NCBI GenBank assembly: GCA_002269645.1
Contig: NIVC01004903.1
Location: 1 to 31,890 of the forward strand
DNA length: 31,890 nt
Direction: 5' to 3'
Source: Macrostomum lignano
Taxonomy: Eukaryota
Below the pieces are notes generated by a model. The model did not search any database. It was not told the DNA's origin and saw only the letters and a list, made by a program, of their open reading frames with translations. This document shows positions 9,507 to 22,600 of the stretch, piece by piece (within the stretch, counting starts at the first letter, position 1; each line of letters opens with the position of its first letter). The translations under genes were made by a program, and so were the position numbers.

Positions 9507-10321
9507 TTTGACACCGCAGACAGGCAACTCATTTTGGCGCCGCAGACAGGCGACTAATTTTGGCGCCACAGACAGGCAACTCATTTTGACGCCGCAGACA
9601 GGCAACTCATTTTGGCGCCGCAGACAGGCGACTAATTTTGGCGCCACAGACAGGCAACTCATTTTGGCGCCACAGACAGGCAACTCATTTTGACGCCGCA
9701 GACAGGCAACTCATTTTGGCGCCGCAGACAGGCGACTAATTTTGGCGCCACAGACAGGCAACTCATTTTGGCGCCACAGACAGGCAACTCATTTTGGCGC
9801 CACAGACAGGCAACTCATTTTGGCGCCACAGACAGGCAACTCATTTTGGCGCCGCAAACAGGCAACTCATTTTGGCGCCACAGACAGGCAACTCATTTTG
9901 GCGCCGCAGACAGGCGACTAATTTTGGCGCCACAGACAGGCAACTCATTTTGGCGCCACAGACAGACAACTCATTTTGGCGCCGCAAACAGGCAACTCAT
10001 TTTGGCGCCACAGACAGGCAACTCATTTTGGCGCCGCAGACAGGCGACTAATTTTGGCGCCACAGACAGGCAACTCATTTTGGCGCCACAGACAGGCAAC
10101 TCATTTTGGCGCCACAGACAGGCAACTCATTTTGGCGCCACAGACAGGCAACTCATTTTGGCGCCACAGACAGGCGACTAATTTTGGCGCCGCAAACAGG
10201 CAACTCATTTTGGCGCCGCAGACAGGCGACTAATTTTGGCGCCACAGACAGGCAACTCATTTTGGCGCCACAGACAGGCAACTCATTTTGGCGCCACAGA
10301 CAGGCAACTCATTTTGGCGCC
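9507..10321. repeat. 26-nt minisatellite (TTTTGGCGCCACAGACAGGCAACTCA), ~31 copies
   Basis: Direct tandem units with a few recurrent variants and no unique spacers. Confidence 0.95.
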
Positions 10322-10663
10322 CTAAAGCAACAATATTGATTTCCACAACGGGGCGTTTGGATGACGCAGAATGTAGAAATGACACAATCGAATATATCCT
10401 CTAAATAACTAAAAATGACGCGCAAAAAATTACCGTTTCTAAAAAGGATATATTCTAAATATACGCCATAAAAAAATGACGAAACTTAAACCAATAAAAC
10501 AACACAAGATTTTCCCTATCCCAACAAAAATAAAGCTAAAATCAGATACACTACTTTAAGGAGAAAAACAAAGACACATATTAGACTTCAAGAGACAAAA
10601 CTACAATCCTTCGAAAAACTATTTGAAGTTATAGTTATTCAAATAACTATGTAAATAACAATA

Positions 10664-13600
10664 TTTGCACCTGCGTATATCAGCCCCATTGAGTGTCATT
10701 TCTAAGCTCTCCATTTAATTCTATATATTGACAGCGACAGGGCTAGTTAGAGATGCTGAGAGTAGCGGGCTCTGCGTCATCTTTGCACCTGTGTATATCA
10801 GCCCCATTGAGTGTCATTTCTAAGCTCTCCATTTAATTCTATATATTGACAGCGACAGGGCTAGTTAGAGATGCTGAGAGTAGCGGCTCTGCGTCATCTT
10901 TGCACCTGTGTATATCAGCCCCATTGAGTGTCATTTCTAAGCTCTCCATTTAATTCTATATATTGACAGCGACAGGGCTAGTTAGAGATGCTGAGAGTAG
11001 CGGGCTCTGCGTCATCTTTGCACCTGTGTATATCAGCCCCATTGAGTGTCATTTCTAAGCTCTCCATTTAATTCTATATATTGACAGCGACAGGGCTAGT
11101 TAGAGATGCTGAGAGTAGCGGCTCTGCGTCATCTTTGCACCTGTGTATATCAGCCCCATTGAGTGTCATTTCTAAGCTCTCCATTTAATTCTATATATTG
11201 ACAGCGACAGGGCTAGTTAGAGATGCTGAGAGTAGCGGGCTCTGCGTCATCTTTGCACCTGTGTATATCAGCCCCATTGAGTGTCATTTCTAAGCTCTCC
11301 ATTTAATTCTATATATTGACAGCGACAGGGCTAGTTAGAGATGCTGAGAGTAGCGGGCTCTGCGTCATCTTTGCACCTGTGTATATCAGCCCCATTGAGT
11401 GTCATTTCTAAGCTCTCCATTTAATTCTATATATTGACAGCGACAGGGCTAGTTAGAGATGCTGAGAGTAGCGGGCTCTGCGTCATCTTTGCACCTGTGT
11501 ATATCAGCCCCATTGAGTGTCATTTCTAAGCTCTCCATTTAATTCTATATATTGACAGCGACAGGGCTAGTTAGAGATGCTGAGAGTAGCGGGCTCTGCG
11601 TCATCTTTGCACCTGTGTATATCAGCCCCATTGAGTGTCATTTCTAAGCTCTCCATTTAATTCTATATATTGACAGCGACAGGGCTAGTTAGAGATGCTG
11701 AGAGTAGCGGGCTCTGCGTCATCTTTGCACCTGTGTATATCAGCCCCATTGAGTGTCATTTCTAAGCTCTCCATTTAATTCTATATATTGACAGCGACAG
11801 GGCTAGTTAGAGATGCTGAGAGTAGCGGGCTCTGCGTCATCTTTGCACCTGTGTATATCAGCCCCATTGAGTGTCATTTCTAAGCTCTCCATTTAATTCT
11901 ATATATTGACAGCGACAGGGCTAGTTAGAGATGCTGAGAGTAGCGGGCTCTGCGTCATCTTTGCACCTGTGTATATCAGCCCCATTGAGTGTCATTTCTA
12001 AGCTCTCCATTTAATTCTATATATTGACAGCGACAGGGCTAGTTAGAGATGCTGAGAGTAGCGGGCTCTGCGTCATCTTTGCACCTGTGTATATCAGCCC
12101 CATTGAGTGTCATTTCTAAGCTCTCCATTTAATTCTATATATTGACAGCGACAGGGCTAGTTAGAGATGCTGAGAGTAGCGGGCTCTGCGTCATCTTTGC
12201 ACCTGTGTATATCAGCCCCATTGAGTGTCATTTCTAAGCTCTCCATTTAATTCTATATATTGACAGCGACAGGGCTAGTTAGAGATGCTGAGAGTAGCGG
12301 GCTCTGCGTCATCTTTGCACCTGTGTATATCAGCCCCATTGAGTGTCATTTCTAAGCTCTCCATTTAATTCTATATATTGACAGCGACAGGGCTAGTTAG
12401 AGATGCTGAGAGTAGCGGGCTCTGCGTCATCTTTGCACCTGTGTATATCAGCCCCATTGAGTGTCATTTCTAAGCTCTCCATTTAATTCTATATATTGAC
12501 AGCGACAGGGCTAGTTAGAGATGCTGAGAGTAGCGGGCTCTGCGTCATCTTTGCACCTGTGTATATCAGCCCCATTGAGTGTCATTTCTAAGCTCTCCAT
12601 TTAATTCTATATATTGACAGCGACAGGGCTAGTTAGAGATGCTGAGAGTAGCGGGCTCTGCGTCATCTTTGCACCTGTGTATATCAGCCCCATTGAGTGT
12701 CATTTCTAAGCTCTCCATTTAATTCTATATATTGACAGCGACAGGGCTAGTTAGAGATGCTGAGAGTAGCGGGCTCTGCGTCATCTTTGCACCTGTGTAT
12801 ATCAGCCCCATTGAGTGTCATTTCTAAGCTCTCCATTTAATTCTATATATTGACAGCGACAGGGCTAGTTAGAGATGCTGAGAGTAGCGGGCTCTGCGTC
12901 ATCTTTGCACCTGTGTATATCAGCCCCATTGAGTGTCATTTCTAAGCTCTCCATTTAATTCTATATATTGACAGCGACAGGGCTAGTTAGAGATGCTGAG
13001 AGTAGCGGGCTCTGCGTCATCTTTGCACCTGTGTATATCAGCCCCATTGAGTGTCATTTCTAAGCTCTCCATTTAATTCTATATATTGACAGCGACAGGG
13101 CTAGTTAGAGATGCTGAGAGTAGCGGGCTCTGCGTCATCTTTGCACCTGTGTATATCAGCCCCATTGAGTGTCATTTCTAAGCTCTCCATTTAATTCTAT
13201 ATATTGACAGCGACAGGGCTAGTTAGAGATGCTGAGAGTAGCGGGCTCTGCGTCATCTTTGCACCTGTGTATATCAGCCCCATTGAGTGTCATTTCTAAG
13301 CTCTCCATTTAATTCTATATATTGACAGCGACAGGGCTAGTTAGAGATGCTGAGAGTAGCGGGCTCTGCGTCATCTTTGCACCTGTGTATATCAGCCCCA
13401 TTGAGTGTCATTTCTAAGCTCTCCATTTAATTCTATATATTGACAGCGACAGGGCTAGTTAGAGATGCTGAGAGTAGCGGGCTCTGCGTCATCTTTGCAC
13501 CTGTGTATATCAGCCCCATTGAGTGTCATTTCTAAGCTCTCCATTTAATTCTATATATTGACAGCGACAGGGCTAGTTAGAGATGCTGAGAGTAGCGGGC

Positions 13601-16600
13601 TCTGCGTCATCTTTGCACCTGTGTATATCAGCCCCATTGAGTGTCATTTCTAAGCTCTCCATTTAATTCTATATATTGACAGCGACAGGGCTAGTTAGAG
13701 ATGCTGAGAGTAGCGGGCTCTGCGTCATCTTTGCACCTGTGTATATCAGCCCCATTGAGTGTCATTTCTAAGCTCTCCATTTAATTCTATATATTGACAG
13801 CGACAGGGCTAGTTAGAGATGCTGAGAGTAGCGGGCTCTGCGTCATCTTTGCACCTGTGTATATCAGCCCCATTGAGTGTCATTTCTAAGCTCTCCATTT
13901 AATTCTATATATTGACAGCGACAGGGCTAGTTAGAGATGCTGAGAGTAGCGGGCTCTGCGTCATCTTTGCACCTGTGTATATCAGCCCCATTGAGTGTCA
14001 TTTCTAAGCTCTCCATTTAATTCTATATATTGACAGCGACAGGGCTAGTTAGAGATGCTGAGAGTAGCGGGCTCTGCGTCATCTTTGCACCTGTGTATAT
14101 CAGCCCCATTGAGTGTCATTTCTAAGCTCTCCATTTAATTCTATATATTGACAGCGACAGGGCTAGTTAGAGATGCTGAGAGTAGCGGGCTCTGCGTCAT
14201 CTTTGCACCTGTGTATATCAGCCCCATTGAGTGTCATTTCTAAGCTCTCCATTTAATTCTATATATTGACAGCGACAGGGCTAGTTAGAGATGCTGAGAG
14301 TAGCGGGCTCTGCGTCATCTTTGCACCTGTGTATATCAGCCCCATTGAGTGTCATTTCTAAGCTCTCCATTTAATTCTATATATTGACAGCGACAGGGCT
14401 AGTTAGAGATGCTGAGAGTAGCGGGCTCTGCGTCATCTTTGCACCTGTGTATATCAGCCCCATTGAGTGTCATTTCTAAGCTCTCCATTTAATTCTATAT
14501 ATTGACAGCGACAGGGCTAGTTAGAGATGCTGAGAGTAGCGGGCTCTGCGTCATCTTTGCACCTGTGTATATCAGCCCCATTGAGTGTCATTTCTAAGCT
14601 CTCCATTTAATTCTATATATTGACAGCGACAGGGCTAGTTAGAGATGCTGAGAGTAGCGGGCTCTGCGTCATCTTTGCACCTGTGTATATCAGCCCCATT
14701 GAGTGTCATTTCTAAGCTCTCCATTTAATTCTATATATTGACAGCGACAGGGCTAGTTAGAGATGCTGAGAGTAGCGGGCTCTGCGTCATCTTTGCACCT
14801 GTGTATATCAGCCCCATTGAGTGTCATTTCTAAGCTCTCCATTTAATTCTATATATTGACAGCGACAGGGCTAGTTAGAGATGCTGAGAGTAGCGGGCTC
14901 TGCGTCATCTTTGCACCTGTGTATATCAGCCCCATTGAGTGTCATTTCTAAGCTCTCCATTTAATTCTATATATTGACAGCGACAGGGCTAGTTAGAGAT
15001 GCTGAGAGTAGCGGGCTCTGCGTCATCTTTGCACCTGTGTATATCAGCCCCATTGAGTGTCATTTCTAAGCTCTCCATTTAATTCTATATATTGACAGCG
15101 ACAGGGCTAGTTAGAGATGCTGAGAGTAGCGGGCTCTGCGTCATCTTTGCACCTGTGTATATCAGCCCCATTGAGTGTCATTTCTAAGCTCTCCATTTAA
15201 TTCTATATATTGACAGCGACAGGGCTAGTTAGAGATGCTGAGAGTAGCGGGCTCTGCGTCATCTTTGCACCTGTGTATATCAGCCCCATTGAGTGTCATT
15301 TCTAAGCTCTCCATTTAATTCTATATATTGACAGCGACAGGGCTAGTTAGAGATGCTGAGAGTAGCGGGCTCTGCGTCATCTTTGCACCTGTGTATATCA
15401 GCCCCATTGAGTGTCATTTCTAAGCTCTCCATTTAATTCTATATATTGACAGCGACAGGGCTAGTTAGAGATGCTGAGAGTAGCGGGCTCTGCGTCATCT
15501 TTGCACCTGTGTATATCAGCCCCATTGAGTGTCATTTCTAAGCTCTCCATTTAATTCTATATATTGACAGCGACAGGGCTAGTTAGAGATGCTGAGAGTA
15601 GCGGGCTCTGCGTCATCTTTGCACCTGTGTATATCAGCCCCATTGAGTGTCATTTCTAAGCTCTCCATTTAATTCTATATATTGACAGCGACAGGGCTAG
15701 TTAGAGATGCTGAGAGTAGCGGGCTCTGCGTCATCTTTGCACCTGTGTATATCAGCCCCATTGAGTGTCATTTCTAAGCTCTCCATTTAATTCTATATAT
15801 TGACAGCGACAGGGCTAGTTAGAGATGCTGAGAGTAGCGGGCTCTGCGTCATCTTTGCACCTGTGTATATCAGCCCCATTGAGTGTCATTTCTAAGCTCT
15901 CCATTTAATTCTATATATTGACAGCGACAGGGCTAGTTAGAGATGCTGAGAGTAGCGGGCTCTGCGTCATCTTTGCACCTGTGTATATCAGCCCCATTGA
16001 GTGTCATTTCTAAGCTCTCCATTTAATTCTATATATTGACAGCGACAGGGCTAGTTAGAGATGCTGAGAGTAGCGGGCTCTGCGTCATCTTTGCACCTGT
16101 GTATATCAGCCCCATTGAGTGTCATTTCTAAGCTCTCCATTTAATTCTATATATTGACAGCGACAGGGCTAGTTAGAGATGCTGAGAGTAGCGGGCTCTG
16201 CGTCATCTTTGCACCTGTGTATATCAGCCCCATTGAGTGTCATTTCTAAGCTCTCCATTTAATTCTATATATTGACAGCGACAGGGCTAGTTAGAGATGC
16301 TGAGAGTAGCGGGCTCTGCGTCATCTTTGCACCTGTGTATATCAGCCCCATTGAGTGTCATTTCTAAGCTCTCCATTTAATTCTATATATTGACAGCGAC
16401 AGGGCTAGTTAGAGATGCTGAGAGTAGCGGGCTCTGCGTCATCTTTGCACCTGTGTATATCAGCCCCATTGAGTGTCATTTCTAAGCTCTCCATTTAATT
16501 CTATATATTGACAGCGACAGGGCTAGTTAGAGATGCTGAGAGTAGCGGGCTCTGCGTCATCTTTGCACCTGTGTATATCAGCCCCATTGAGTGTCATTTC

Positions 16601-19600
16601 TAAGCTCTCCATTTAATTCTATATATTGACAGCGACAGGGCTAGTTAGAGATGCTGAGAGTAGCGGGCTCTGCGTCATCTTTGCACCTGTGTATATCAGC
16701 CCCATTGAGTGTCATTTCTAAGCTCTCCATTTAATTCTATATATTGACAGCGACAGGGCTAGTTAGAGATGCTGAGAGTAGCGGGCTCTGCGTCATCTTT
16801 GCACCTGTGTATATCAGCCCCATTGAGTGTCATTTCTAAGCTCTCCATTTAATTCTATATATTGACAGCGACAGGGCTAGTTAGAGATGCTGAGAGTAGC
16901 GGGCTCTGCGTCATCTTTGCACCTGTGTATATCAGCCCCATTGAGTGTCATTTCTAAGCTCTCCATTTAATTCTATATATTGACAGCGACAGGGCTAGTT
17001 AGAGATGCTGAGAGTAGCGGGCTCTGCGTCATCTTTGCACCTGTGTATATCAGCCCCATTGAGTGTCATTTCTAAGCTCTCCATTTAATTCTATATATTG
17101 ACAGCGACAGGGCTAGTTAGAGATGCTGAGAGTAGCGGGCTCTGCGTCATCTTTGCACCTGTGTATATCAGCCCCATTGAGTGTCATTTCTAAGCTCTCC
17201 ATTTAATTCTATATATTGACAGCGACAGGGCTAGTTAGAGATGCTGAGAGTAGCGGGCTCTGCGTCATCTTTGCACCTGTGTATATCAGCCCCATTGAGT
17301 GTCATTTCTAAGCTCTCCATTTAATTCTATATATTGACAGCGACAGGGCTAGTTAGAGATGCTGAGAGTAGCGGGCTCTGCGTCATCTTTGCACCTGTGT
17401 ATATCAGCCCCATTGAGTGTCATTTCTAAGCTCTCCATTTAATTCTATATATTGACAGCGACAGGGCTAGTTAGAGATGCTGAGAGTAGCGGGCTCTGCG
17501 TCATCTTTGCACCTGTGTATATCAGCCCCATTGAGTGTCATTTCTAAGCTCTCCATTTAATTCTATATATTGACAGCGACAGGGCTAGTTAGAGATGCTG
17601 AGAGTAGCGGGCTCTGCGTCATCTTTGCACCTGTGTATATCAGCCCCATTGAGTGTCATTTCTAAGCTCTCCATTTAATTCTATATATTGACAGCGACAG
17701 GGCTAGTTAGAGATGCTGAGAGTAGCGGGCTCTGCGTCATCTTTGCACCTGTGTATATCAGCCCCATTGAGTGTCATTTCTAAGCTCTCCATTTAATTCT
17801 ATATATTGACAGCGACAGGGCTAGTTAGAGATGCTGAGAGTAGCGGGCTCTGCGTCATCTTTGCACCTGTGTATATCAGCCCCATTGAGTGTCATTTCTA
17901 AGCTCTCCATTTAATTCTATATATTGACAGCGACAGGGCTAGTTAGAGATGCTGAGAGTAGCGGGCTCTGCGTCATCTTTGCACCTGTGTATATCAGCCC
18001 CATTGAGTGTCATTTCTAAGCTCTCCATTTAATTCTATATATTGACAGCGACAGGGCTAGTTAGAGATGCTGAGAGTAGCGGGCTCTGCGTCATCTTTGC
18101 ACCTGTGTATATCAGCCCCATTGAGTGTCATTTCTAAGCTCTCCATTTAATTCTATATATTGACAGCGACAGGGCTAGTTAGAGATGCTGAGAGTAGCGG
18201 GCTCTGCGTCATCTTTGCACCTGTGTATATCAGCCCCATTGAGTGTCATTTCTAAGCTCTCCATTTAATTCTATATATTGACAGCGACAGGGCTAGTTAG
18301 AGATGCTGAGAGTAGCGGGCTCTGCGTCATCTTTGCACCTGTGTATATCAGCCCCATTGAGTGTCATTTCTAAGCTCTCCATTTAATTCTATATATTGAC
18401 AGCGACAGGGCTAGTTAGAGATGCTGAGAGTAGCGGGCTCTGCGTCATCTTTGCACCTGTGTATATCAGCCCCATTGAGTGTCATTTCTAAGCTCTCCAT
18501 TTAATTCTATATATTGACAGCGACAGGGCTAGTTAGAGATGCTGAGAGTAGCGGGCTCTGCGTCATCTTTGCACCTGTGTATATCAGCCCCATTGAGTGT
18601 CATTTCTAAGCTCTCCATTTAATTCTATATATTGACAGCGACAGGGCTAGTTAGAGATGCTGAGAGTAGCGGGCTCTGCGTCATCTTTGCACCTGTGTAT
18701 ATCAGCCCCATTGAGTGTCATTTCTAAGCTCTCCATTTAATTCTATATATTGACAGCGACAGGGCTAGTTAGAGATGCTGAGAGTAGCGGGCTCTGCGTC
18801 ATCTTTGCACCTGTGTATATCAGCCCCATTGAGTGTCATTTCTAAGCTCTCCATTTAATTCTATATATTGACAGCGACAGGGCTAGTTAGAGATGCTGAG
18901 AGTAGCGGGCTCTGCGTCATCTTTGCACCTGTGTATATCAGCCCCATTGAGTGTCATTTCTAAGCTCTCCATTTAATTCTATATATTGACAGCGACAGGG
19001 CTAGTTAGAGATGCTGAGAGTAGCGGGCTCTGCGTCATCTTTGCACCTGTGTATATCAGCCCCATTGAGTGTCATTTCTAAGCTCTCCATTTAATTCTAT
19101 ATATTGACAGCGACAGGGCTAGTTAGAGATGCTGAGAGTAGCGGGCTCTGCGTCATCTTTGCACCTGTGTATATCAGCCCCATTGAGTGTCATTTCTAAG
19201 CTCTCCATTTAATTCTATATATTGACAGCGACAGGGCTAGTTAGAGATGCTGAGAGTAGCGGGCTCTGCGTCATCTTTGCACCTGTGTATATCAGCCCCA
19301 TTGAGTGTCATTTCTAAGCTCTCCATTTAATTCTATATATTGACAGCGACAGGGCTAGTTAGAGATGCTGAGAGTAGCGGGCTCTGCGTCATCTTTGCAC
19401 CTGTGTATATCAGCCCCATTGAGTGTCATTTCTAAGCTCTCCATTTAATTCTATATATTGACAGCGACAGGGCTAGTTAGAGATGCTGAGAGTAGCGGGC
19501 TCTGCGTCATCTTTGCACCTGTGTATATCAGCCCCATTGAGTGTCATTTCTAAGCTCTCCATTTAATTCTATATATTGACAGCGACAGGGCTAGTTAGAG

Positions 19601-22600
19601 ATGCTGAGAGTAGCGGGCTCTGCGTCATCTTTGCACCTGTGTATATCAGCCCCATTGAGTGTCATTTCTAAGCTCTCCATTTAATTCTATATATTGACAG
19701 CGACAGGGCTAGTTAGAGATGCTGAGAGTAGCGGGCTCTGCGTCATCTTTGCACCTGTGTATATCAGCCCCATTGAGTGTCATTTCTAAGCTCTCCATTT
19801 AATTCTATATATTGACAGCGACAGGGCTAGTTAGAGATGCTGAGAGTAGCGGGCTCTGCGTCATCTTTGCACCTGTGTATATCAGCCCCATTGAGTGTCA
19901 TTTCTAAGCTCTCCATTTAATTCTATATATTGACAGCGACAGGGCTAGTTAGAGATGCTGAGAGTAGCGGGCTCTGCGTCATCTTTGCACCTGTGTATAT
20001 CAGCCCCATTGAGTGTCATTTCTAAGCTCTCCATTTAATTCTATATATTGACAGCGACAGGGCTAGTTAGAGATGCTGAGAGTAGCGGGCTCTGCGTCAT
20101 CTTTGCACCTGTGTATATCAGCCCCATTGAGTGTCATTTCTAAGCTCTCCATTTAATTCTATATATTGACAGCGACAGGGCTAGTTAGAGATGCTGAGAG
20201 TAGCGGGCTCTGCGTCATCTTTGCACCTGTGTATATCAGCCCCATTGAGTGTCATTTCTAAGCTCTCCATTTAATTCTATATATTGACAGCGACAGGGCT
20301 AGTTAGAGATGCTGAGAGTAGCGGGCTCTGCGTCATCTTTGCACCTGTGTATATCAGCCCCATTGAGTGTCATTTCTAAGCTCTCCATTTAATTCTATAT
20401 ATTGACAGCGACAGGGCTAGTTAGAGATGCTGAGAGTAGCGGGCTCTGCGTCATCTTTGCACCTGTGTATATCAGCCCCATTGAGTGTCATTTCTAAGCT
20501 CTCCATTTAATTCTATATATTGACAGCGACAGGGCTAGTTAGAGATGCTGAGAGTAGCGGGCTCTGCGTCATCTTTGCACCTGTGTATATCAGCCCCATT
20601 GAGTGTCATTTCTAAGCTCTCCATTTAATTCTATATATTGACAGCGACAGGGCTAGTTAGAGATGCTGAGAGTAGCGGGCTCTGCGTCATCTTTGCACCT
20701 GTGTATATCAGCCCCATTGAGTGTCATTTCTAAGCTCTCCATTTAATTCTATATATTGACAGCGACAGGGCTAGTTAGAGATGCTGAGAGTAGCGGGCTC
20801 TGCGTCATCTTTGCACCTGTGTATATCAGCCCCATTGAGTGTCATTTCTAAGCTCTCCATTTAATTCTATATATTGACAGCGACAGGGCTAGTTAGAGAT
20901 GCTGAGAGTAGCGGGCTCTGCGTCATCTTTGCACCTGTGTATATCAGCCCCATTGAGTGTCATTTCTAAGCTCTCCATTTAATTCTATATATTGACAGCG
21001 ACAGGGCTAGTTAGAGATGCTGAGAGTAGCGGGCTCTGCGTCATCTTTGCACCTGTGTATATCAGCCCATTGAGTGTCATTTCTAAGCTCTCCATTTAAT
21101 TCTATATATTGACAGCGACAGGGCTAGTTAGAGATGCTGAGAGTAGCGGGCTCTGCGTCATCTTTGCACCTGTGTATATCAGCCCCATTGAGTGTCATTT
21201 CTAAGCTCTCCATTTAATTCTATATATTGACAGCGACAGGGCTAGTTAGAGATGCTGAGAGTAGCGGGCTCTGCGTCATCTTTGCACCTGTGTATATCAG
21301 CCCCATTGAGTGTCATTTCTAAGCTCTCCATTTAATTCTATATATTGACAGCGACAGGGCTAGTTAGAGATGCTGAGAGTAGCGGGCTCTGCGTCATCTT
21401 TGCACCTGTGTATATCAGCCCCATTGAGTGTCATTTCTAAGCTCTCCATTTAATTCTATATATTGACAGCGACAGGGCTAGTTAGAGATGCTGAGAGTAG
21501 CGGGCTCTGCGTCATCTTTGCACCTGTGTATATCAGCCCCATTGAGTGTCATTTCTAAGCTCTCCATTTAATTCTATATATTGACAGCGACAGGGCTAGT
21601 TAGAGATGCTGAGAGTAGCGGGCTCTGCGTCATCTTTGCACCTGTGTATATCAGCCCCATTGAGTGTCATTTCTAAGCTCTCCATTTAATTCTATATATT
21701 GACAGCGACAGGGCTAGTTAGAGATGCTGAGAGTAGCGGGCTCTGCGTCATCTTTGCACCTGTGTATATCAGCCCCATTGAGTGTCATTTCTAAGCTCTC
21801 CATTTAATTCTATATATTGACAGCGACAGGGCTAGTTAGAGATGCTGAGAGTAGCGGGCTCTGCGTCATCTTTGCACCTGTGTATATCAGCCCCATTGAG
21901 TGTCATTTCTAAGCTCTCCATTTAATTCTATATATTGACAGCGACAGGGCTAGTTAGAGATGCTGAGAGTAGCGGGCTCTGCGTCATCTTTGCACCTGTG
22001 TATATCAGCCCCATTGAGTGTCATTTCTAAGCTCTCCATTTAATTCTATATATTGACAGCGACAGGGCTAGTTAGAGATGCTGAGAGTAGCGGGCTCTGC
22101 GTCATCTTTGCACCTGTGTATATCAGCCCCATTGAGTGTCATTTCTAAGCTCTCCATTTAATTCTATATATTGACAGCGACAGGGCTAGTTAGAGATGCT
22201 GAGAGTAGCGGGCTCTGCGTCATCTTTGCACCTGTGTATATCAGCCCCATTGAGTGTCATTTCTAAGCTCTCCATTTAATTCTATATATTGACAGCGACA
22301 GGGCTAGTTAGAGATGCTGAGAGTAGCGGGCTCTGCGTCATCTTTGCACCTGTGTATATCAGCCCCATTGAGTGTCATTTCTAAGCTCTCCATTTAATTC
22401 TATATATTGACAGCGACAGGGCTAGTTAGAGATGCTGAGAGTAGCGGGCTCTGCGTCATCTTTGCACCTGTGTATATCAGCCCCATTGAGTGTCATTTCT
22501 AAGCTCTCCATTTAATTCTATATATTGACAGCGACAGGGCTAGTTAGAGATGCTGAGAGTAGCGGGCTCTGCGTCATCTTTGCACCTGTGTATATCAGCC

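Noticed and set aside
9507-10321. CRISPR array (26-nt palindromic repeats)
   Set aside because: Units are contiguous with no unique spacers, there are no cas genes, and the context is a eukaryotic intron.
3761-10339. Repeat-peptide ORFs (3826, 3962, 4764, 5512, 5648, 6721, 7721, 7816, 8818, 8821, 9493-10339)
   Set aside because: All coincide with minisatellites or microsatellites, are often open on both strands, and show no domain signal.
10750-10785. Hammerhead ribozyme in the satellite
   Set aside because: An imperfect hairpin exists (AGATG..AGAGT/GCTCT..CATCT), but CTGAGAG does not fit CUGANGA and no correctly placed GAAA/NUH is present on either strand.
10738-10785. Helitron 3' end (hairpin then CTAG on the minus strand)
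   Set aside because: CTAG is only ~4 nt from the hairpin, is followed by C rather than T, and does not coincide with an array boundary. The evidence is too weak on its own.
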